Assembly (NCBI RefSeq): GCF_964355755.1
Contig: NC_092676.1
Location: 20,726,871 to 20,790,870 of the forward strand
Length of the DNA stretch: 64,000 bases
Reading direction: 5' to 3'
DNA from: Antedon mediterranea
Taxonomy: Eukaryota > Animalia > Echinodermata
Of this stretch, positions 1 through 10,974 are shown piece by piece. The position numbers and the translations under genes were made by a program. The notes below the pieces were generated by a model. The model made no database searches, had not been told where the DNA came from, and was given only the letters and a program-made list of their open reading frames with translations. Position 1 is the first letter of the stretch, and the number at the start of each line of letters is the position of its first letter.

Positions 1-733
1 CACTTCAACTTGTGAAGGTGCGTCCAAAGAAACAAAATACAGTATAACAATAAAAAAGAGAAATAGCAATAATTATAATTGGTAAAATATTTAGATTTTA
101 ATCCGCGTTTTCCTCTCCATTGTTTAATAACCAATTAATACTAATAATAGGCTGAACATGTGGGACGCTGGTTTGGATCATTTGGAGCTAAGACTATTCG
201 TGAAAGAAATAAAATCGCGTCTGTACATTCATACACGTTTACATTTTTTTTTTTAATCTATGATACTGACAACAATTATATATTTTTATTTTAAAGAAGT
301 TAAAAACATTGTCGTAACATTGATGTTGTTATAAACTCAATAATCATAACTAAACATCTCCATCTATTATACAATACAAACCATACAGTGCAATACAAAA
401 TTAGTATAATTAGTTTTAATGTGTTATTGACCTTCATTGTTATCATGACTCATCTATTAAGCGATTCAACGAATAATGTGCACAAAATAGGACAACATTT
501 TGTATGCCTAATTTTATAATGATATTAAAATATAGGATATATTTTTTTACAAATAACGCTTTAATTTATTAACATTGATAATTATGGTACTATACGCCTG
601 TTGAAGAAGTAAAAAGTGAGTGAAAAAATATAAACTGGTCACATTTCTATACACTGACTTAGTGACTAAGTTAAATACTAAGCGGAAAACATCTAAGTAA
701 AACGATATCTAAACACTACAGCAACTAACACCA

Positions 734-2077
734 TTAATCTGAGTTTGCATGTTTTAGTGCATTCAAAATGTCGATTCGATAATCTCGTTTCCAACTTTCT
801 GCTGAGATGTTGCATATGTGTACAATGCATTCTATGCATTTTCCTTCGATTGATAGCTTTACGTCAAAACGTGTCGCAAAAGCATATCTATCCCCATTTG
901 TTTTCATGCGATAGTCCCAACCGTTACCGAGAAGAAAGTCTAATTGTCCAAAACTTTCTGGCGAATATTCTTCACGAAAGCAGTTACTGGCATTAAGACC
1001 AAATAACTTGGTATCTATGCCCTGTTCGTATAATATACTAAACCGCACTTGCCTTTTTTTGCTTGATAAACCGCGCTGTATCTGTTGGCGTATACACCTT
1101 CTTAATGTAGCTTTTCGCTCTTCATAAGTTGCCTTTGAAATATTAATAAGAGAATTGACTCGTTCTTCGGCTGCTTGAAGTGTGGCACGACGGCGTTCAG
1201 CCCACCTTCCGTTAATTTTTAGCTTAACAGGCTTGGGATTTGTTAGGACTTCGGTAAAGGATCCTACCATCAATAGGTTATATGTTCCCAATTTTCGAAG
1301 TTTGTAACCACGTCCCTCAACAATTCCGTCGTTATTATTGATATGTAACGATGTTAAAAAATGATAAATATCGTCGTCATCGGTTGGTAGAAATGATCCA
1401 ATTGAAACTAGTTCATCTTCTAAAACACATTGTGTAATTTCCTCGCTTTCTTTCGTAGTTCTTTGATGTGACAAATTTGCATTTTCCAACGTTGCTAGAT
1501 GTCGACTATGCTTATTTTTCATGGGTTTTCGTTTACTCTTTTTGTGTTTAGAGCTAGACACTTTTTGTGTTGATGATTGAACATCTTCTAGATTCGGATT
1601 AATATCTTCTTGGTATTTGTAACAACTTAGGACATCACAGTACCCAATAACGATGTGTTTGGTTTCATCACTAAAATCGTAAGATATTTCTAATATTTTA
1701 CGAAAGGGATCGTTGATAAGGACATTGCCCTCTTGTTGTTTCGATTCTAGGTTAAAATTGATTGTATCTCCTTCGACCAAATTCTCATGCTTTACCGTAC
1801 ATCTCATTGGCGCACTCAAGTCATGGACCTTTCTCTTCCGATTTCGCTTACCCAGTTTTTCCATCGGCGTTGTTTTTCGAATGTAATTTGGTAACAGAAA
1901 TGTGTCATGTTTTGACTGCCATCCTTGATAGTGAACACCAAAATGATTACCATCAGGTAATATGTTTATTCCAGTGATAGTTGCGGCTCTCCAAACACCA
2001 CATTCTTCATCCAATACCTCTACATTTTGACCTATGTAAAACTGTGCCATAGAATTCATGCCGCTCTCTTCTTCCAT
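734..2077 (-). CDS. Tudor/chromo-barrel domain protein (447 aa, single coding exon), likely transposon cargo
   Basis: N-terminus FYIGQNVEVLD...WRAATI...FGVHYQGWQSKHDTFL matches the Tudor-knot/chromo-barrel pattern (VHYxGW as in MRG15/PHF20). It is followed by basic NLS-like tracts and a C-terminal domain I cannot name (LDFLLGNGWDYR). Confidence 0.75.
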   Translation of the reverse strand: MEEESGMNSMAQFYIGQNVEVLDEECGVWRAATITGINILPDGNHFGVHYQGWQSKHDTFLLPNYIRKTTPMEKLGKRNRKRKVHDLSAPMRCTVKHENLVEGDTINFNLESKQQEGNVLINDPFRKILEISYDFSDETKHIVIGYCDVLSCYKYQEDINPNLEDVQSSTQKVSSSKHKKSKRKPMKNKHSRHLATLENANLSHQRTTKESEEITQCVLEDELVSIGSFLPTDDDDIYHFLTSLHINNNDGIVEGRGYKLRKLGTYNLLMVGSFTEVLTNPKPVKLKINGRWAERRRATLQAAEERVNSLINISKATYEERKATLRRCIRQQIQRGLSSKKRQVRFSILYEQGIDTKLFGLNASNCFREEYSPESFGQLDFLLGNGWDYRMKTNGDRYAFATRFDVKLSIEGKCIECIVHICNISAESWKRDYRIDILNALKHANSD

Positions 2078-2375
2078 TGTTTAGGTTCCTGTAAATAACA
2101 ATACAGAATAATAATGTTTGGGCAGGAGGATACTTTATAAAAACCCGCATTTATAACACCGTCCAATCAGAAAGCTTCCTGTCTACGGTAATGCGGTTAC
2201 CAAACAATGAGCTTATCACCTGATTAGGCCTACCTGACCGTGATGTAATCAAATGTGGCAATCCCAAGCGTTATAATGTATTTATTTAATATAAATTTAC
2301 AGTAATCAATGTAAGCCTACTAATCGACTTATGAAGAAAGCCGGGTAACGCAAAACTCACAAGATAGGAATATGT

Positions 2376-5300
2376 TTACACCTCGTTAACATTACGCCGA
2401 GCACGTTCGTTCCACACTCTTTGTTGGTCTTCTGGGCAATCTTTCCATAGTTGGCTAAGGGCTCTGTTTCTCTCAATAAAGTTTAGTTCTTGCTGATGAC
2501 GCATTACCTAATATTTAAATAAATTATAATTAATTATAATACCATATTGAAATACCTCTTAAATGTAAGTTGACAGTAACAATTAACGATTACAATAATT
2601 ATATAATAAAAAGCAGTACGCGTATTCAAGGAAGAAATATATTTCTGTATGTTATTAAATTCATAATATTTGTATAGCCTCATACCTAAGGCCATTTTAT
2701 GATTTTTTTTATTGAGTTTCCATTTTAAGTGCAATGAAATCGGTTCAGGAAAGAGTAAACATTGCATTTTTTTCCCCTGATCGGTTATAAACATAGAACT
2801 ACTTGTATTAATAATCATGTTATACCTCCGGAATGTTTTCTTGAACGAATAAGTTATATCCCGACAACCTTCTTTTTTTCACAGGGTTTGGTTTTCTATG
2901 TTTCCTTTTTATTTGGACATTTTGACAAATTTCTTGCATCGGTTGTCTTTGTTGACGTTCTTTTTTCTTTAACATTGTATATGCGCTGGCATCTTTGCTG
3001 TTAAACATAATAACATGATAATCAATTGGTTAAACATAATTATACTGTACGTGGAAAAGTTATCAGCCCGGGAATGTTGTTTAAAAAATGACAACCGACT
3101 CAGTATGCGTTTTGAAAATGTGTGTGTGTGTTATTCGAACCGTATGTTAACTTTTTAGAAAGGATAGAAAATTCAGATTTCAAGATCTGATTCATTCTGC
3201 TCTTAGATGGGTCGTTCCATTATTAAACAGAGGGTAAGAAATCTGAAATACGTTTAGGCCTACTTTAAAATATAGCACTATACCAGGGAAGAGTACGTGT
3301 AATTTCGATATTCTCTGATCTAATTATTTTTATGCTAAAGATAATATTTCTATTAATTAATTTCTTAGCTAATGTAGTAAATTTAATAATTAAATAAAAA
3401 CATTATTCAAATTATGCAAAAACCACCTTGTAATGCATACACTATTTAGGTTGTATTATTTCATAGAGATATTATAGTGAACTATAATATCTCTATGATT
3501 ATATATACTATTTAAGATATATACACTCTGATTAATAATGGAATGATCTATTGGAATGGATAGGTAAAAACCTTAATGAGAAAAAAACACCACTAACCTG
3601 TTATATTGTATAATGCTGCTGTCGGGTACTACCGACTGAATTGTTGTCAAAGGTGCATTCTGAAGTCTGGAAATATTCAATTTATAGTCTTCTAATGACG
3701 TAAAAGTACCCTTTTCAAGATTGTCCAAGATTCCATCACTTAAAATGTCCACACCTCTTCTAAAACATTCGGCCAATGTCGAGGCAACTTTTTTGGGCTC
3801 TCTGTCACATTCTGCTTGTGTTGTTATAACAATAAAATATGTAAGAGGAACATTATCTTTTGGGAGTCCCCTCCACCAATAGCTTCCACCATATTTACTG
3901 ATGATTTCTTTGATGATTTCGTGTTGTTTATACAAGCGTCCCACTATGATGATTGACATGCCTTCCAGAGCATTCGATGTATCTTGAACATTTTGAAGGG
4001 CTGCATTAGATTCATCGTAAATCCCTTGGTCAAGTTCATTGGTGGCATCCGTGTTGTGATCATTGTCCGGTTCGTTTAGTTCGGACTCATTTAGGTCATG
4101 TTCACCCGGATGGTCAGGATTCTCATCTCGATCGTCATACCCTTCAAGAGACATTCTGTTTTGCACGTACGTATTAAAGCGCTCCTGTGCGTCTACTGGA
4201 CACTCACGCATTCGGTGGTGGATCATCTGCCATTGCCATTCAAATATTTTCAGAATTGGATCTTGTTTGGATGATCCACCACCGCGAGTTGTATGTTGAT
4301 AGAACCTACACATGTCCATATAGTGAGAACGTTCCCCCTGTTCTGTAGACAGCCTCATAACGGAGTGAAATGGGTAACTTTGTAGCAACTGAGGGACAAC
4401 ATCGATGAACTTCATTTCATAACCTGTGAATACATTTCCATACTTGAAAAGGATCAAACGATGGAATTTATCGGCATGATTAGTGTATTTAGAAATTTGT
4501 TCATGTCCATGGCCCCACGAATAATCATCCACCGATACACTACCATTCTCTCGTCCTGGGAGAATAATTACAGACTCGTCTCTTAGCATCCTGTACATGT
4601 GAGCAAGATGGTGAAAAATTAGTTGTTGCAGAAGTTTTACACTTATAGATCTGGAAGGCAGATTTAGAATACGCTGAAGATCTACGGGAAGTAATCGCGA
4701 ATGAGGTGTGTCTGGTAAAACATTATCGAATATGTCCGGGAAAGGAACGACATCATATGAAAAAAAGTCAGTAATTGCCGGGTATACAATTAACTGTGCT
4801 GACGGTTTGTTTAAGGTGATCTGTTTAAGTTGGTCATCTTCAAACACTATGTGGAATCCCCCGTCTTTATTTCGGTGAACACCGCGAGCCTTTATATTGT
4901 TGACCAAATGTTGCAGTCGGACTTTGCGTAGAGCAACTCCATTAACTCCCGGAATTAACGACGTGATTCTAAATGGTAGAAATTGTGTTCGTAAAAAGAT
5001 GTATATAAAACACGCTTACTAAAAAAAGTATATCAACATAAATATCAAACACATTTTACACAGCTTTATCTCAGTTTTAAACATTAATTAATTCAATAAT
5101 AATATTGCAAATATTTGCGCGCAGTAGCGTCTCGTTTAAATTAACGCTTGCTTCTTGACGTGACGAATATGGACGCTAAAGCGTTACCGTATTTGTTGTC
5201 TACAATTGTTCAGATTAATTTACAAAATATTTCTAAATTTCTAGTGAAAATGGATGAAAATGTATACTATATTTTGAAGGTACTTACGTATGAATGTCTT

Positions 5301-7626
5301 GTATAACAAGTCGCAACTGGTGTTCAACAATTCGTGTTATACCATGGTCTATACAAATACCAAAGTGTTCAAGTGGCACATCTAACAGTCGATGTGGATG
5401 TACCCTCCCTACTCTTTTTCTTACATCTGATCTTAGTCCACTCTCCTCATCATAAAGCTTATTTTCCTCCTTGATTGTTTCAATATAAATATTGAATCCA
5501 TCGGCGGTTAGTGGTCCTATCTTACCTCCAAGCACAGCATCTTGAAATTTGGCATCCGACGATATAAATATTTTGTGTCCGTGCTCTTGCATGTGACAAA
5601 TCCAATCGTTTATATAATTATTTTTGTCATATCTTAAATTAGATTCGAGATTGGCCCTGTCGTCCCCAAAATAGAAAATTGCCACTCTCCAAAAATCTTT
5701 AGGGCTATGAAATCCTTTACCTTTTAGAGCCTGAACATTATTAATGTTCGTAAGGCCAAACACCGTTGATTGTCGCCTTCCCATTATACGAGCATCGCCA
5801 TATAATCGCCACCACTCTTCACCATCTACATAATGGTACACATACATTAATGCATCATGTAAAGAGTGAGGATCAATAAATATGCCACCAGGTAGAGAAG
5901 TGGGCTTCATGATCCGCTCGAATTCCGCTTTATACTTTTTCTTGAGCACACGCACTTTGTTATTTGCGGCAAATAATCCAGGTAGTCGCTTTCGGAGCCA
6001 CGTTAATGCCTCGACGACATTAGTTGTGTCCTCCAAAAATAGTAAATCGTGTTCATTTATTTGGAGTTGTTTAATTTCATCTCTACAATAGAAATTTAAA
6101 AAGTGAAAGCTCAGTAAGTTATAAATCTGCATCCAGGCACAGGATGGATTAAATGAATGGTTCAATTGTTAACGATGTTTTTAATCAATACGGTATTACT
6201 AAATAGACTACTTGTTGTAATTATACAAAATGTCTTACTTTACAATTTCATCAAAAAGAGATTGTGTGGCATGTTTGGATGATTTGCCCTTTCTAAGGAT
6301 TGTTACTAAATCTTCGGCAGAGAGTATTCCGTCCCATTCTTCATCTGTAGAAGCATTAGAGATGTCCCTATAGACATAAATAAACAGAATTCAATAAATC
6401 ACATTATTGGTCTAAAGTTCGCTTTTCCATTCCTGTCAGATTGTAAAATTTAACTTTAAAAATATCAAAAGAAAAAAATTGCCATTTTCATTTCAAACAA
6501 GTGAACGTCACGTGAGGATTCTATATATCTTAATAATGTGGTGTCATGCCCATGATAGTAATGAATTCTGTAATTATTGTTTTTCAATTTATAAATATTA
6601 AAATACTTACCAAGCTAGTGCATCTAATAGATCTGATTTATCCCCGCCGTGGATATTCGTTGCAATTTTCAATATTTCTTTTCTCTGATCTATATTTCTG
6701 CGGGAAATTCTATGGCCCAACTGTCTAGTTTTGTTTTCTTGTGGTCCATCACCGTTGCCAATTTCATTGTTGTACTGCCTAATCAGGTTGCTTGTTGATT
6801 TTAGTTTATTTTGTACGCGCTCATCTTGTATCATATCTGCGATAGGCATGGGATTGTTGACAACAGATGCGGTGCACTTTTCTATAATAAAGTCACGCAA
6901 TGTGTACAAATTTAACGTATATTCGTCAATATCATCGATGTACGTCTGCAACATAGCTTCCGTATCTCGAAGATGTCCACCACTTAAAATGAGAACGGTG
7001 AAGTACGAAACGCTAAGGTGGGTGCGTTGGCTTTTGTTTTGTGGTAGACTTTCATTGCGCACAACCAATCCGTTTTGATAAATATAATAATCGTACCGTT
7101 TCCATCCTCGATGTTTCTGTCCATTAAACATTCCTAAGAACTTCATAGCATCAGCTACAGCAACATAATAACTCCCTTCTCTTTCACACCCAGGTATATT
7201 ACATGGCCATCCCAGTTGCTCTGTTCCTCTGTACATATTGTTTGGATTATCTGACAGTCAACCCGAAAAAAGAAAGAAAATAAACTTACATTTTACCAGC
7301 TAATTACACTAACAATAACAATTAGGCTATATATTCTCTTTACTATGAAGAAAGTTACAGTACAGAACCCGAACAGTTCTGTAGGAAAATATTGAATTAG
7401 TTAATTAAACTCATACTATAAGGCCTAACAGAGTACTTGACATTAATCTGTAGTTCAGTAACATTAGTATAATAGGCCTAATAGATTTCACAGTAAATTA
7501 CTGACATCTCAGCATTATGTAAATTTAGCATATTGTTAACAGTGTAGGCCTATCTAAATTAGATAAAACGTATATAGTACAGTCTATCATAACTGTATTA
7601 AAATACAATTAAACTTACTTTGGCAT
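2376..7626 (-). CDS. Multi-exon RAG1/Transib-like DDE transposase with C-terminal BRCT-like and HMG-box domains (~1088 aa)
   Basis: GT-AG exons with compatible phases: 7626-7619, 7378-7359 (these two tentative), 7250-6611, 6367-6239, 6082-5288, 4968-3598, 2997-2826, 2507-2376; total 3267 nt, open. Motifs YGDAR, SSDAKFQDAVLG, CIDHGITRIVE, TGYEMKFIDVVP and STEQGERSH occur in RAG1-core order. LEGMSIIIVGRL...IISKYGG is BRCT-like. RRLSGYNLFVQE...LSQLWKDCPEDQQRVWNERA is an HMG box. Confidence 0.72.
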
Positions 7627-8340
7627 CTTTGTCTTGAATTAAATATAATGGTTGAGAAGTATTATAACGCGGCTTTCACAGACTTTCACTGGAAAGGACT
7701 GAAGAGAAGAGAATGTTCGCGCCAAAATTTGCAGGAGTGGTGTGAAGGTTATCTCAATGTACTGTACAGTACATTAGTCTTCGCCTTAGGGAGTTGTTTG
7801 CCTTGATTTTAAACACTTTTCAATATGTAATATACCCCCCTTTCTACATAGGCTTTTTATTTACTTAATTCATATACATAAAATACTAAGGCCAATGTAT
7901 TACATTTTGCTTGTAGTTTTTAACGACTATATAAGACGTCGATCTTCACAAATTCTCCCGGGCCTGATACCTCTTTACCTCCAGACGTGTATCTCACTTA
8001 TACGCCTTTGGTTTTTGTTTTGTTTATATTAAATTGTACCTTATTTCTTATGTTTGGTAGCCTTTTGAGTTTCGCCGCTCTTAATTATAAATTTTCTTTT
8101 TCACAAACTCTGTACATAGAAAAGAAAAGAGAAATAAATGTTCTGAAATTAAATGAATAAATGAACCAAAACAACCAACCAACCAACCGCCTCTCACCCC
8201 CTTTCCACCCTCCCACCCAAAGACCTCGCATTCGGGAGATTTTGATTTCGATACTTGAGTAAAAATACCGGTTATTTATATATTATATATTTATATTATT
8301 ATATATCCCATTACCCTAGAAACCACAACCCCTCTAACTA

Positions 8341-8735
8341 TTTGAAAAAAAGTGTGCTATCCATTTTAAAAAGTGTGCTATCCATTTGAAATAGCGTGCT
8401 ATCCATTTGAAGAAAGTGTGCTATCCATTTGAAATAGTGTGCTATCCATTTTAAAAAGTGTGCTATCCATTTGAAATAGCGTGCTATCCATTTGAAGAAA
8501 GTGTGCTATCCATTTGAAATAGCGTGCTATCCATTTGAAGAAAGTGTGCTATCCATTTGAAAAAGTGTGCTATCCATTTGAAATAGCGTGCTATCCATTT
8601 GAAATAGCGTGCTATCCATTTGAAAAAAGTGTGCTATCCATTTGAAATAGCGTGCTATCCATTTGAAAAAAGTGTGCTATCCATTTGAAGAAAGTGTGCT
8701 ATCCATTTGAAGAAAGTGTGCTATCCATTTGAAAA
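8341..8735. repeat. Tandem array of ~18 copies of a 21-22 bp unit (TTTGAAaaAGTGTGCTATCCA / TTTGAAATAGCGTGCTATCCA)
   Basis: Directly visible; invariant GTGCTATCCATTT core, with about three unit variants alternating. Confidence 0.97.
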
Positions 8736-9411
8736 ATTAAATTGATTAAATAATCACTGTATATAATTAAGTTTTCCAAGTTGCTTCTTAAATGTAATTT
8801 ATCTCAAATAGTAGGCTGCATGTTGATGAAGACGATACTGATAAAAAGCTCTTCTCTTCTCATTTTAATAGTTCTTTTGAAACAATGGCACGAAACTATA
8901 GTTTTTAAAGTGATTTATTTGATTTGATTTATTTCGAAATATCCATAAATATATAAATATACAATACAATTTGATAAAACAAGAGACGGCAAGTACCAAA
9001 TAATCTTACATAGGCCTATAGACAAAAGAAATGGATTTAACAAGGATAACACACAAAAAAAAAATTAATTAAACTTTTGAATGTTAATTGTGATGGTAAT
9101 TAATGAGTATTTATAAAGAAGTTTTTTGAAAGAAGAGTACCGGAAATAGTAAAATTACCTAATCAGTACTGATACAGAACATCCTTTGTATTAATTAGGG
9201 CTACGTCCCAGGGATCCCGAAATTAATAAGATAGACAATACAAACAACTGAATAAGAAAATAAACCGATTTTACGCATGACCGGATAATTGCGGTCTGTT
9301 TTTGATCTAAAGAAGTCGTTCATAACACGGTAAATGAATGTTAATTCCAATCAGGCCGCATTTTAACATGGATTGCATTGGTGCATTGTAGCTTAATCTA
9401 AGAACATCAAC

Positions 9412-10974
9412 ATGAATGTCTCCGATGGTAGTATACATGCAGAAATTTTAAAGAATTTTGTACCTGGAAAAAAGTTTGATAAAGTTCCAGTATCTGTTGT
9501 GAAAGATTTTCTGAGTCAAAAATACCCACATATTACTACAAATCAGAAACGCGGACGTCTTTTTAAACAGGCTTTTGCTAAAGTAGGCCATTCAATTCGA
9601 CGAATGAGACCTGGATCGAGGAAAGGAAGAAGTGAAACATGTTATTATTATGTTCGTAAGCAAGTCGTCATAACCGAAGATAATGATAACGTTGAGGATG
9701 AGCGACAATCTGCTGTAATGGAAACAGATGAGAAACAGGCAAAGGAAATAAATGAAAAAAGAAAAGCAGAATATCTGAAGCTTAGACTAAACCAAGAACA
9801 GGAGATGCGATGCCAAGCTATACAGGAATTGACCAAAATAAAACCAAATTCCTATATTCACATTCCACGAATAGACAGTCGTCATTTAGTTGATTTGAAG
9901 AAAACAATTGGGAATGGGTCTTTTGGATGTGTGCAGCTTTATCGGTATCGTAAAGATAATGTAGCTGTAAAAACATTTAAAAATTATGAAGGCCTCAGTG
10001 ATCACAAGCTTAGAGAGGCAATATTTCGAGAAGCAAATATGATGCTTTCGTTTATTCCTCATCCCAACATTGTCAAATTTTTAGGATATATTGTGTCTCA
10101 TTCAGCCAAGAACATATCATTAGTGACGTTGTTTGTTGACGGGAAAACACTAAGTTCACTTACTAAGACGGCAAGGAATCATCCTGAAAAACGCGGTAAG
10201 AACTGGTATTAATTTAATTTTTGTGGCTTTTATTTGATTTTCTTTACTATTATATGAAAACAATGCAAGTATAAATAACCTGATTTTTAATATTTTATTT
10301 TAATATAATTTAGGTCTACCCTGGACAGCAATGATGAAGCATGTAGCGGAGGGCTTGATTGCCCTTCACGAACAAAATATCATTCATAACGACCTAAAAG
10401 AAAACAACATTGTAATTAGAGAAGCAGACTACCGTGCAGTAATTATAGATTTAGGTATACCGTTTTAGGTTTGTGTTGTTTTAAATGATATAAATATTGT
10501 GTGCCTCTATACTACAGTAGGCTTATATCATGTTTTTAACAAAATATTGATAATAATGTCGTGGCAAATTTTCGACAAAAAGCCAATGAATGATGGGCGG
10601 GGGACGGGATGGCGACACAATTCAACCACTGACCAGATAATACTCGAATATTCTTTTTTTTGACAGGCAAATCGACATTCGCAGATAAACCTAAATGGAA
10701 TAAATACAGTTTAGGGTCTAAGCAATCTATTGAGGAATATAAGAAGAAATATCCGTGGATAGCGCCTGAATTAATTGAGGACAAGGTTCTCCCGTCTTCA
10801 TTTACCGATTGTTATTCCTTTGGTTTTGTCTGCAAATCGGTATATATACACACGCATTCCAATGACATTATACTTCAACAAATATGGGAAGCCACATATA
10901 GATTAATTAATGATCGTTATGATTTGTCCAGTATAATGCAATATTTTAATTCTGTTACCATCAACAATTGTTAA
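9412..10974 (+). CDS. Protein kinase (~410 aa, 3 exons) with RFX-like winged-helix N-terminus and coiled-coil linker
   Basis: Exons 9412-10195, 10314-10454 and 10667-10974 join in frame. Kinase motifs: IGNGSFGCV, VAVK, HPNIVKFLG, HNDLKENN, IDLG, WIAPE, DCYSFG. N-terminal GRLFKQAF...RRMRPGSRKGRSETCYYYVRK resembles the RFX GKLIRxVF...RRLGTRGxSKYHYYGIR segment. Confidence 0.85.

Noticed and set aside
8341-8735. CRISPR-like appearance of the array
   Set aside because: Units are contiguous with no unique spacers, there are no cas genes, and the context is eukaryotic.
734-10974. ProtoRAG, Polinton or endogenous virus identity for the cassette
   Set aside because: No kelch/PHD RAG2-like gene, RING finger, DNA polymerase, capsid or packaging ATPase is recognisable in the window.
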